A DNA stretch of 64,000 bases from Candidatus Binatia bacterium (lineage in GTDB: Bacteria; Desulfobacterota; Binatia; Bin18), in the NCBI GenBank assembly GCA_963666315.2, contig CAXXHG010000001.1, positions 1 to 64,000 of the forward strand, given 5' to 3'. Below are positions 21,362-30,335 of the stretch, piece by piece (the stretch's first letter is position 1; each line of letters starts with the position of its first letter). Under the pieces are notes generated by a model that saw only the letters and a list, made by a program, of their open reading frames with translations, was not told the origin of the DNA and did not search any database. Made by a program: the position numbers and the translations under genes.

Positions 21362-22620
21362 TAGCGTCCTCTTGCCACAATTCTATTCAGAGTGAAAAAT
21401 TCGACGGGTATTGGCTCATTGTAGATGATCTTGGTCATTTCGGTCACCGACCCAAAAGCGTTTTGATGGTCGATCATGGTCTCACCCGTCCACACTGGTA
21501 CGCGGACGTGCTCGTTGCCTGGATTGAATTTTGGGTTCCCGTACATCTCAAACATCGTCTTGGTATGCGCACCCTCGCGGTCATAAAAGAGGGTATACAC
21601 GGGCACAAACATCTGCCGGTCAATATACAAGACGCGCTTGCTATACGGATGATTGTCGGCCTTCGGCGCTCCTTCAAGCACAAATACATCGCGCAGTTCC
21701 CAAGGATCTACCGGATACCAACCCCCACGTCCGCCAAAGGTCGTTTTAGCCGCCCGGATACCGACTGGTGCGAGTAACCGGCGTGACCCTACCAATTTCC
21801 AGGTATAGTTGCGAATATAACCGGAGAAGCCAAAATAATCATCGTTCAGGATGCCCGAGTCGAACGCGGCATCCTCATGTTTCATAATAATTTTACGAAC
21901 TTTGCGACCAGCCGGGGAGTAGAGCCAGTCTTCGTCCTTGGCCTGGTCGCGTACATGGCGGTGCTTCAAACTGATCGTATTTTTCAGATCAAACGGCGCC
22001 GTGATATGGAAATACTCTTTGTACAGCAGGCCCTCTTCTTTCCAGATGTTGGGATCGCTGCCACCCGCGCCATCCGTCTGGGGACGATGCATTCCGTAGG
22101 CCACGACATAATAGTTTTCAATCACTCGATCCGCAGTGCCGGATTCATCTATGAGGCGAAAGATGTTCCAGACCTGCATGATCGTGCCAAAATCGCGGTA
22201 ACGCAGATTCCATGCCGCCTTCAGGCCGGCCTGGGGGTCGTCCGGATCGAGCACCGGAAAGGGCAGGCCGGCAACATAACCGTCGAGTTCACCGTCAGCA
22301 CCAAATGTTACCTGCTCGGCGTGCTGCAGAGTCGCCTTAATATAGGCCTCGCTGACAGGCAAGTCAGTTGTTTCTTGCACCTCAAATGCCAGTTCGCCGG
22401 CTTTGATTTTGTCGAGGATTTCGGTCGGCAGGTAGTCTTGGGCTGCTTGCCACGAATCTTGCCCAATCTTTGTACCCGGAGCCAAGCCATCCACTGACGG
22501 CTTGCCGTTCGCATATGGATGGAACATCGCCTGCAGACTGGTGTCAGGCATTTCCGCCCAGGCTAGGTGCCAGGACATCCAGAACAGACCGACCACGACG
22601 CTCAGTAGTTGTCTCTGCAT
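21361..22620 (-). CDS. DUF1329 family periplasmic protein (LolA-like sorting fold)
   Basis: Signal peptide, GLPFP, WLYSPAGRKVRK, WELRDVFVLEG and HPYSKRVLYID. Confidence 0.85.
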   Translation of the reverse strand: MQRQLLSVVVGLFWMSWHLAWAEMPDTSLQAMFHPYANGKPSVDGLAPGTKIGQDSWQAAQDYLPTEILDKIKAGELAFEVQETTDLPVSEAYIKATLQHAEQVTFGADGELDGYVAGLPFPVLDPDDPQAGLKAAWNLRYRDFGTIMQVWNIFRLIDESGTADRVIENYYVVAYGMHRPQTDGAGGSDPNIWKEEGLLYKEYFHITAPFDLKNTISLKHRHVRDQAKDEDWLYSPAGRKVRKIIMKHEDAAFDSGILNDDYFGFSGYIRNYTWKLVGSRRLLAPVGIRAAKTTFGGRGGWYPVDPWELRDVFVLEGAPKADNHPYSKRVLYIDRQMFVPVYTLFYDREGAHTKTMFEMYGNPKFNPGNEHVRVPVWTGETMIDHQNAFGSVTEMTKIIYNEPIPVEFFTLNRIVARGR

Positions 22621-22947
22621 ATGCCCTCCCTAGTGACAAATGTGGCTGCCTTATACCAGCTCACTCAGTCTACAGCAATGATTCAGCAATGGTTCCGAAA
22701 TGATTCTGCCGTAAAAATTGACCAATTCGAAGACGTAAGGCAGGGCGACTATTCGGGCGGATTGTATTTGGTAGGATAACAGGCTACATGGGTATTGAAC
22801 TGCGTGTGGAATGGTGGGATGGTGGGCAGCCTGTATTTGCTGGACAAGAATCGAACACGACGCCTACGCCCTAGCTATCGTGCGTAGAATGACAAGGACG
22901 TCTTGCTCCAGTTGCTCCGGTACGGGTGACAGCGAGGGGGAAACACT

Positions 22948-24951
22948 ATGCGTTCAAAAAAAGGACTGTTGATTGCGCCGGAATTTCCTGCGGACTCCTT
23001 CTGGAGTTTTAAATATGTAATGAAGTATATTCGCCGCAAAGCGCCGTTTCCTCCAGTGGGGCTTTTAACTTTTGCCGCTTTGATGCCGCAGGACGAGTGG
23101 GAGTTTGAACTCGTTGACCTGAACGTCCAAAAGCCTTCACAACAGACCATGCGCAAGAAAATTCAGGAGAGTGACGCCGTCTTTACTGGTGCGATGAATG
23201 TGCAGCGAGACTCATTAGTAGACCTACTCAAGGGCCCGGCTCAAGGGACAGACACCCCGTGGGTCCTTGGTGGACCTTTGGCCTCGACGTATCGTAGCTC
23301 TATTCTGGACCCTCAGAACGACCTGGATGCCGTTCTGTATCGGGGCCTCGACTATTTGGCATGGGGTGAGGCGGGTCCCTGGATTGCCGATCTCAATCGT
23401 CGCCTTGAAGAATCGCCCAAACATAACGACGCTGCTCCTTTCCTGTTCATCGCCGAACGGGTACTCAACGAGCCTGATGCCTCACGCAAATATCTTCTAG
23501 ATCGCACAATTTTCGAACCCTTTGACGGTCTGCCCAATCCACGTTGGGATCTCATTGATGTGAGCGCCTACCGAGCCTTGATGTTGCAAACCACTGCAGG
23601 GTGCCGTTTTCGGTGCAACTTTTGCGACATCATCCAGTTTAACGGCGGATATCCCCGCGCAAAAGGCGAGGCGGATGTCACCAAAGAACTGCAGGGGATT
23701 TACGATACCGGATTTCGTGGTGGGGTGTTCACGGTTGACGATAATTTTGTGTCCGAGCCCAAGGCCATGGAAGAGATCCTGGGCGCTATGACTGAGTTCC
23801 AGCGTCAACACGACTATCCCTTTGAATTCTTTACCCAAGCGAGTATCGACCTGGGCAAGGAATCCCTCGCCTATCTCATTCCGCTCATGCAGCAGGCGGG
23901 TTTCACTACGGTCTTCCTGGGTGTTGAGAGTCCCGACCCGGCTGCCTTGCGGCTGATGAATAAGCTTCAAAACATCAAAACTTCTCCTCAAGACACGATA
24001 CGCCGGCTCCAAGAACACGGGATCGAAGTACAAGCCGGATTCATCTACGGCTCGGATACCGATACGCGCCAGACCGCTGACGGCATTGTTGATTTTGCAG
24101 AAGAAAACGCCGTCTTCTCCGCGATGACGGGCACCTTGACCCCGCTGCCGCATACGCCGCTGTATGTGGAATTGAAAGAGCAGGGGCGACTGCTGGATGC
24201 TGATCTGGCGTGTAACAATGTGGACGATACCGTACAGTTCAAACCAGTCATGGGGCTGGAGAACTTTCAGAGTGGTTTTCTGCATATCTTGGAATCCTTG
24301 TTCAGCACGCGGGCCATGTATGGACGTGCGGAACATCTGCTGAGTCGTCTTGATATGCACATTTTTTCCCATAGTAACGTCACTATGAACTCCGCCTTCG
24401 CCGTTCTTCGCTCGTTCACGCAGCAGGCCCTGGCTGGATTCCGGGCTGAGGACAAACGCGGTTATTTGCAGTTGCTCAAACGGGCCGCCCAGCTGGATAA
24501 GGAATTTCTCCGCGACATTCGTACTGAAGCGCAAAGCCTAGGCTCCTATTGGGCCAAGGTGAGTGCCGCCGCCAAGCAGTCTATTGAGCTTGACGGACAG
24601 GATGTGCTGCGCTTCGGCCAAATGTTGCCCTATGCGCAGGACGCTCTGGTGCGCTGGCGACCAGACATGGGCCTGGCCGAAATCCAGGATTTCGTTCGCA
24701 CCGTGCGAGATGCGATTGCCAAAGGGGTCCTGCAACGGACGCAGGCCCAATCGGTCTATGACGCGGCACGCGAGTATCTGAACGCGAAACGCGCCCAACT
24801 GCAGTTCCCCGGCGCCCACTTGATCAAGGCGTTTGAATTGTCCATCGTTGGCATACATTACGGGATCGTCGTGGATCATGTTCTGGCTCAGATGCGTGCG
24901 GGCAGCGATCTGACTCTTTCTACGGAACCGATGAGTACTCGGCCTGCGTGA
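22948..24951 (+). CDS. B12-binding radical SAM protein with DUF4070-like region and long C-terminal extension
   Basis: SFWSF..PPVGLLT..VDLN B12-binding domain, GCRFRCNFC, VDDNF and PLPHTPLY. Confidence 0.9.
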   Translation: MRSKKGLLIAPEFPADSFWSFKYVMKYIRRKAPFPPVGLLTFAALMPQDEWEFELVDLNVQKPSQQTMRKKIQESDAVFTGAMNVQRDSLVDLLKGPAQGTDTPWVLGGPLASTYRSSILDPQNDLDAVLYRGLDYLAWGEAGPWIADLNRRLEESPKHNDAAPFLFIAERVLNEPDASRKYLLDRTIFEPFDGLPNPRWDLIDVSAYRALMLQTTAGCRFRCNFCDIIQFNGGYPRAKGEADVTKELQGIYDTGFRGGVFTVDDNFVSEPKAMEEILGAMTEFQRQHDYPFEFFTQASIDLGKESLAYLIPLMQQAGFTTVFLGVESPDPAALRLMNKLQNIKTSPQDTIRRLQEHGIEVQAGFIYGSDTDTRQTADGIVDFAEENAVFSAMTGTLTPLPHTPLYVELKEQGRLLDADLACNNVDDTVQFKPVMGLENFQSGFLHILESLFSTRAMYGRAEHLLSRLDMHIFSHSNVTMNSAFAVLRSFTQQALAGFRAEDKRGYLQLLKRAAQLDKEFLRDIRTEAQSLGSYWAKVSAAAKQSIELDGQDVLRFGQMLPYAQDALVRWRPDMGLAEIQDFVRTVRDAIAKGVLQRTQAQSVYDAAREYLNAKRAQLQFPGAHLIKAFELSIVGIHYGIVVDHVLAQMRAGSDLTLSTEPMSTRPA

Positions 24952-24973
24952 CGGGACGTGGCGCTCTGTTACC

Positions 24974-25918
24974 ATGACGCAGCGGGTTGCCGTCTGTGAA
25001 CCTTCGTTAGCCTTGCCAGAAGAAGGATATGTCCGGACCTTCGAGGCCCAAGCTGACTATCTTTTAGACGCGACCGTGCGCATTCGGGGGACCCTGTCTG
25101 ATCACCGGTGTCGGCTGGAATACGATTGGGTGGTGCAAATCCCGGAATGTGAAATCCTGCGCGCCTCCGCCCAGCATCTGTTGGGCGAACCGACTGTTCT
25201 CTCTGCGCAGCTGCAAGGCAGTTCCTCAGATATTCTGGGCGTATGTACGAGCCAGGGCTTTACCAAAACGATGCGGCAGACGCTCGGCCATCTGCCCGGT
25301 CATCAAGAGCATCTTGCGCTGGCAATCGAAATGGCCCGCGTGAGCCTCCAGGCGTACCCAGTCCCCAAAGGGGATCATAAACGCTTTGAGGCGTCCGTTG
25401 CGGCAATACCGCCTGGTCCGCATCGTTTGGCGCGTATGGTCTGGGAGCGAGACCGGGCTGACTGGCCCTGGCTGCGGAACTCGTGCCATACCTACCGTGA
25501 TGAATCGGCATCATCGTTTGATGAGCATACGGCTGTCGGTTTTGATCTCGATAGTGTGTCGCCCGAGCCGGGACAAGAACGATTCTTCTGGCGCCGTAAG
25601 CGCATGAAAATTTCGGCTCACCAAAACCCTTTGCGCTTTCAGTGCCAAAACGACATGACTGACTCATATCAGGAGATGCGGGTCGCGTTTGACCTTGAAG
25701 CAGACGGCACAATGAATAACGCCACGAGCCGAGGTGTTCGCTTACCGTTCCAGGGCCTGTGTGAGGCACCGCAGCGTAGGACGGTCGGACTCAACGGGCT
25801 TACGCTCAATAAAGAATTTTCTCGACTGATCGCGGATCAAGTTGGCGGATCAACCGGCTGCAGTCATCTGTTTGATTTGGCAACGGACTGCTTGCGCCTA
25901 TTCACCTGGCGAGACTAA
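24974..25918 (+). CDS. Tandem DUF2889-like domain protein
   Basis: C-terminal half has D..QEM..F...PFQGLC..GGSTGCSHLFDL. N-terminal half is a degenerate repeat ending NSCHTY. Confidence 0.7.
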   Translation: MTQRVAVCEPSLALPEEGYVRTFEAQADYLLDATVRIRGTLSDHRCRLEYDWVVQIPECEILRASAQHLLGEPTVLSAQLQGSSSDILGVCTSQGFTKTMRQTLGHLPGHQEHLALAIEMARVSLQAYPVPKGDHKRFEASVAAIPPGPHRLARMVWERDRADWPWLRNSCHTYRDESASSFDEHTAVGFDLDSVSPEPGQERFFWRRKRMKISAHQNPLRFQCQNDMTDSYQEMRVAFDLEADGTMNNATSRGVRLPFQGLCEAPQRRTVGLNGLTLNKEFSRLIADQVGGSTGCSHLFDLATDCLRLFTWRD

Positions 25919-25935
25919 CCGGTCGCCTCACGCCT

Positions 25936-26796
25936 TCATTGGTCCGCCCGTGCCTGAACAATCCAGGCGGCGCTATGAAGATTTACGCTGTCCCCATCCT
26001 CATGAGGAGCAAGCGCCTTACGGATGGCATCAGCAACACGCGTGCGCGTAGCCTCATCTGATTCGCGCAAAAGAGATGCAACCGGACCGATTGCCAGGAG
26101 GAATTTCACAGCACCTTCTACGCCTGTCTCTCCGCCCAGGCTCATATCTGTTTCATAGGACTGGAGGTTCACGTCTCGAAAACCAGCTGACTCAAGAATA
26201 TCACGCACCCGATCAGGGTCAGCAAAAGCAAACGGGCCTGGAGTGCCGGGTTCTGGCGGAGGAGGAAGGGGAACATGTTGAGCCGCGGCCTGAAGCGGAA
26301 CTCGAACCCAGTCGTTTTTCTTCAATTCCTGCCAGCAAATGAAACACAGTCGCCCTCCAGATTGGAGGGCAGTACGCAGATTGCCAAAAGCCTTTCTGGC
26401 ATCATCGAAAAACATGACACCAAAACGAGAAAAAATCAGATCAACGCTTGCTGACTCAAACTGATGCGCCTGAGCATCAGCGTTGATGAAGGTGAGGTTC
26501 TCAAGCTGCTGTTCCTGTTGACGCTCACGCGCACGACCCAGCATAGGCTGGGATATATCAACACCAGTCACTGAGCCTTGGGGACCGACCCGTTCCGCTA
26601 AGGCAAGTGAGGTTTGTCCGCACCCGCAGCCGACGTCGAGGACGGACTCGCCTCGTTGTGCGGCCGCTTTATCCAACGCAACGAGTCCGAACGGACTGAT
26701 CTGGGCGTCGAGCATCTCTTGGCGCTGTACCCATTGCGGACCGCCTCGTTCGTTCCAATACTCAATCTGCTCTGCATTGGCTTGTGCATCTGCCAT
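25936..26796 (-). CDS. Class I SAM-dependent methyltransferase
   Basis: VLDVGCGCG, GVDIS, SRFGVMFF and PGPFAFAD. Confidence 0.92.
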   Translation of the reverse strand: MADAQANAEQIEYWNERGGPQWVQRQEMLDAQISPFGLVALDKAAAQRGESVLDVGCGCGQTSLALAERVGPQGSVTGVDISQPMLGRARERQQEQQLENLTFINADAQAHQFESASVDLIFSRFGVMFFDDARKAFGNLRTALQSGGRLCFICWQELKKNDWVRVPLQAAAQHVPLPPPPEPGTPGPFAFADPDRVRDILESAGFRDVNLQSYETDMSLGGETGVEGAVKFLLAIGPVASLLRESDEATRTRVADAIRKALAPHEDGDSVNLHSAAWIVQARADQ

Positions 26797-26869
26797 AGGG
26801 TTCTCCCACGAATCTCTAAATGATAGCTCTGGCGTGCCTTCTCGCGAACGTCAGGCATGACATGCTGGC

Positions 26870-26902
26870 CATACGCTCGGGCGAGGTGACCTCGCCCCTA
26901 CA
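26870..26902. repeat. GTAG-family REP-like palindrome, copy A1
   Basis: CATACGCTCGGGCGAGGTGACCTCGCCCCTACA, whose reverse strand begins TGTAGGGGCGAGG. Matches 28098-28130 at 31 of 33 bases. Confidence 0.8.
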
Positions 26903-26916
26903 TACGTTACAAGGCA

Positions 26917-27204
26917 TCACGATTGCGAATGTATCACTCCTGCTGCTTCCTCCGATGCAATAACCGGCGATGCAACAACCGGGATGATCTCGAACTCGAC
27001 CAAAGCATGCCACTCGGACAGCCACTGCTGGAAAAGGCGTGGATCATGACATTCCATCAACTGAAAGCAACGATCAAAGTTGGCTTCGACCCAGCTGTCA
27101 ATATACTGCAAACCCTCAGGCAGCATGAGTCCGTGCTCTTTGGCGCGTCGATAGACCGCTTTGGCATCCCGATTCTTAAAGTGCTCGATGACCATGAAGA
27201 GCAT
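26917..27204 (-). CDS. DUF3303 family protein
   Basis: MLFMVIEHF, LPEGLQYIDSWV, RCFQLME and VEFEIIPV. Confidence 0.85.
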   Translation of the reverse strand: MLFMVIEHFKNRDAKAVYRRAKEHGLMLPEGLQYIDSWVEANFDRCFQLMECHDPRLFQQWLSEWHALVEFEIIPVVASPVIASEEAAGVIHSQS

Positions 27205-27214
27205 GGGGTGCCCT

Positions 27215-28030
27215 TTAAAACACGATGGGTAGTTCCAAATACTCCTGATAAATGAAGTCGCGCTGTTCTAAGAGAGCGGGGGAGAGCGCGGCCGCGATCG
27301 TTGGATCAGCGTTCGCATAGAAACCGCGAAAGGCCGTGGCCATGGGGCATTGTTCTTCCGGGAGAGGGTGTATCAGTGCGACAAACGTTGCCCAGTAAAT
27401 GTCCAGGGCGGAAAGCTGATTGCCAATAAAGAATTGACTGCCCTGAGACTTCTGTTGTTCAAGCCGTGAGGCCAAAGAGCGAATAACTGTCGCCATACGC
27501 TCTGGCGCGGTTTCGGCTGCTTCCGGGCTATAACCATATTTGTTGCCAAAGCCGGTCCAAAAGGCTCTGGTTGCATCGTCTACGTCAGGATTAGTGAGCA
27601 TGCTATGGACCATCAGGAGTCGTTTTGACCAGGCGTAGCCGCTCTCACCACAGATCTCATTGCAATAGCCAAACATCAGCATGCGGTCTTCGATGTTGTT
27701 AGGGATCAGCGACGGGTTGGGCTCGAGCCGCTCAGCAAGGTAAAGCTGCTCGAACCATTTCGAGCGCGGTGGCTCGTCATTCCAAATTGCGACCGGCGCG
27801 CTGGACTGAGCTGTCCAGTCGCGCAGTTCTTTATCATTGCCATCCAGTCCGGCTGCGACAACGGGTGTGTAGGAAATCCCTTTGACATAAAAGAGTCCTT
27901 TGCACGCTTCGCGCCACGGGCCAGGAATGGCATAGTTGCCCAAGACTAGCCGCAGGCCGGACATCTTCTTTGCGTCTTCAATGCTGGCGTAGTCAAGAGT
28001 GATTGCGTCAAGACCAATTTCTGCTGCCAT
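27215..28030 (-). CDS. Glutathione S-transferase-like protein
   Basis: PGPWREACK, TAQSSAPVA and FFIGNQLSALDIYWA GST C-terminal motif. Confidence 0.7.
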   Translation of the reverse strand: MAAEIGLDAITLDYASIEDAKKMSGLRLVLGNYAIPGPWREACKGLFYVKGISYTPVVAAGLDGNDKELRDWTAQSSAPVAIWNDEPPRSKWFEQLYLAERLEPNPSLIPNNIEDRMLMFGYCNEICGESGYAWSKRLLMVHSMLTNPDVDDATRAFWTGFGNKYGYSPEAAETAPERMATVIRSLASRLEQQKSQGSQFFIGNQLSALDIYWATFVALIHPLPEEQCPMATAFRGFYANADPTIAAALSPALLEQRDFIYQEYLELPIVF

Positions 28031-28097
28031 TGTGTTCTTCTCCTTTTTTTCCGAGAGCTGAGGCTACTCTGTATCAGTCTGGAGTCCTGCTTGCCAG

Positions 28098-28130
28098 CAT
28101 ACGCCCGGGCGAGGTGATCTCGCCCCTACA
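28098..28130. repeat. GTAG-family REP-like palindrome, copy A2
   Basis: CATACGCCCGGGCGAGGTGATCTCGCCCCTACA, a near-identical direct repeat of 26870-26902. Confidence 0.8.
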
Positions 28131-28133
28131 CGT

Positions 28134-28532
28134 CTAGACCGCTGCTATCTTCTGTCGAGTGAGCGCCAGCGATTCGTTAAAATGTGTTTCCACCAACATA
28201 ATGCCGAGGCTTTCCGCTGTCGCACGATCCTGTGCATCCCAACCGTCTTCGACCCACACAATCCTCTTTCTTGGTCCGATCAGGCCGGCTAACCCTTCGG
28301 TTTTCGTAGCCTTCCACGACAGCGAGGGCAGCTGGATATCCAGCGTTGCGAATTCTGGATGAATGTCAGCCTGCCAAGAAGAGAGGATGAGGACGACGTG
28401 GAACTGCTGCTGACACCAGGCGACAAATTCTTGGACGCCCTCTTTCCAATCCGTCCCGTGTATGGTGCCAGAAGCACCCTGGATGGATTTCAGAACGCCA
28501 TCCACATCGAGTAAGAGAATATTCGTCGTCAT
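28134..28532 (-). CDS. Small capless HAD-superfamily protein (HAD_SAK-like)
   Basis: LLLDVDGVL motif I, LSSW motif II and WVED motif IV. Confidence 0.7.
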   Translation of the reverse strand: MTTNILLLDVDGVLKSIQGASGTIHGTDWKEGVQEFVAWCQQQFHVVLILSSWQADIHPEFATLDIQLPSLSWKATKTEGLAGLIGPRKRIVWVEDGWDAQDRATAESLGIMLVETHFNESLALTRQKIAAV

Positions 28533-28545
28533 GTTTTACTACGGT

Positions 28546-30075
28546 TTAGCGGTGATAGGAGTGTGTGTCGCCGCTTTTCGCGGCGGCTCGTGCTAATCCG
28601 CGCAGAGAAAGCCGGCGATTCGGGGCACGTAGGAGAGATGCCTCGAACTGGGCCACCGCTTCTTTTGGTCGATCAAGCTCTAGCAAAATTTCTCCGTACA
28701 ATTCGTGGGCGGGCTTAATGGGTATAGCCGCTCCATTGGGTAAGCCAATACTTTCTGCAATGGCTACCGCTTCAGCCATGAGTGCAATTGCTTCATCGTT
28801 TTGTCCCTGGGCCAAACGGACCAAGGCCGCGACCTCTCGATGCATGATGGTCAGGGCTTGTTGAGCCCGTTTGTTGCGAGACGGTTGCTCTTCTTTCTCC
28901 AGTTCTACCAGCTTCGCCTCTGCCTGCTGAGCGGTTTGTACATCGCCTAGGCGCACGGCGCTCAGTGCCGTTGCCATGAGCTCGTGGGAGGTAAGCTTGT
29001 CGGTGACAGGGAGTTTCTCCCACTGCTCGCTCTCAATGATATAGCGTGCGGTCATTTCTCCTACACCTTCATGGACTCTTGGGACTGTGCTTTTCTCAGC
29101 TACTATCCGAAGAAGATCAATCGCCTGCTTGGCCTTGTTCCAGTCCCTTTGTTGCAGAACACCATACTGGCCCCAATCCAAGGCGTGCCATACATAGACA
29201 TCATTAAAATATTTCTTTGTCTCGGAGAATGTGTCCCGCTGCTGCCACAGGGCGAGAGCAGACTGGTAAGAGGCATCATTCGAAGCCACGACTTCGGCCC
29301 ACATCCCGTGCTGAATAAAAATATGCGAAGGCATATGCAGGGCATGCGAGACATCCGGCGCAAGCTCGGCGTAGCGCTCAGCCGCAGCCAGGGCCAGCGG
29401 TGCGTGAATAGGGTCATCGAACGCATGAATAATATAATGGGCGGCGCCAGGGTGGTTCGGATGTTTGCGAAAGACGTCCTGCGCAATCGCGCCTGCCTTC
29501 ATCCGAACCCGAAAAGTTGACTCCGCCCCCCAGGTATCCCCGAGATGGCGGACGGTCCCCAATAGGGCAACGGCGTACAATGCCTGAAGCTCCTCATCAT
29601 GAGGATATTGGGCGGCTAACTGACCCATGGCATCTGCGTACGCAAACGCACGTTCTGATTCGCTACCTTCTCCATACAGAACCTCGACTGCGGCGAGCAA
29701 TCCAGCTTCACGCGGAGTTGGGGCTTTTGCTGCGCGTCTAGCTGGAGAGGAGCCGAGCCGGGCAAGCACTTTTCTCGGTGTTTCAAGGTCGCGTTCTGGC
29801 AGAAGGGGATGGTTATGGCTTAATGCCTCTCCCCAGTAGGCCAGAGCAAAATCAGGTTCCACTTTGGAGGCAGCCTGGAACGCCTCGGCCGCGTCCTCGA
29901 AACCAAAACTATGTAGATATTTCACACCTCTAAGAAAGTGTTCTTGAGCCGCAGCTGACCCGGATGTCGGAAAATTCAGTTCTCCAAGCTGCTCGGCTTG
30001 CACTTCTGACTGGTGAAAGAAGCCTGCAGTTATTAAGAACAGGACGACCATGCTTATTGTTACTCTTCGTTTCAT
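28546..30075 (-). CDS. Exported TPR-repeat protein
   Basis: Signal peptide, FLRGVKYLHSF, PDFALAYWG, HPGAAHYIIH and HALHMPSHIF. The C-terminus may be truncated. Confidence 0.8.
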   Translation of the reverse strand: MKRRVTISMVVLFLITAGFFHQSEVQAEQLGELNFPTSGSAAAQEHFLRGVKYLHSFGFEDAAEAFQAASKVEPDFALAYWGEALSHNHPLLPERDLETPRKVLARLGSSPARRAAKAPTPREAGLLAAVEVLYGEGSESERAFAYADAMGQLAAQYPHDEELQALYAVALLGTVRHLGDTWGAESTFRVRMKAGAIAQDVFRKHPNHPGAAHYIIHAFDDPIHAPLALAAAERYAELAPDVSHALHMPSHIFIQHGMWAEVVASNDASYQSALALWQQRDTFSETKKYFNDVYVWHALDWGQYGVLQQRDWNKAKQAIDLLRIVAEKSTVPRVHEGVGEMTARYIIESEQWEKLPVTDKLTSHELMATALSAVRLGDVQTAQQAEAKLVELEKEEQPSRNKRAQQALTIMHREVAALVRLAQGQNDEAIALMAEAVAIAESIGLPNGAAIPIKPAHELYGEILLELDRPKEAVAQFEASLLRAPNRRLSLRGLARAAAKSGDTHSYHR

Positions 30076-30335
30076 GCTGCTCTTCCCTTCGACTATACTG
30101 TCGCTTCACATACCTGCGTTACGCTGAATTATATGTGAGCGGAATGTCCGCGGCCAGGTAGGTGGGGTAGGCCAGGTAGATTGAGTGAGTGGAGTGTAAC
30201 CCAACACCGCTGAGCTATCAAAGTCGACGAACATCTGTGTAGAGCTTTTCGATTATTTTCTTTTCATACTGTGATGGAGTTAACGCAGCGAACTCGTTAT
30301 ATAGGCCAAACTGCAACACAGAGAGGAGAAAAATC

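Noticed and set aside
22678-22875. Two tiny ORFs (MIQQWFRND..., MGIELRVEWWDGG...) upstream of the radical SAM gene as RiPP precursors
   Set aside because: They have no convincing RBS or leader/core pattern, and no peptidase, transporter or RRE is nearby. The region is more likely a divergent promoter.
23497-24534. Long antisense ORFs (for example 23497-24534, 2233-3072, 42736-43452)
   Set aside because: They are shadows of well-supported genes on the opposite strand in GC-rich DNA and have no motifs of their own.
26870-28130. Integron attC cassette array
   Set aside because: The repeats lack RYYYAAC/GTTRRRY ends and look like GTAG REPs. No integrase is present.
30218-30305. AT-rich minus-strand scrap LYNEFAALTPSQYEKKIIEKLYTDVRRL
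   Set aside because: It may be another gene remnant, but it is too short to assign to any family.
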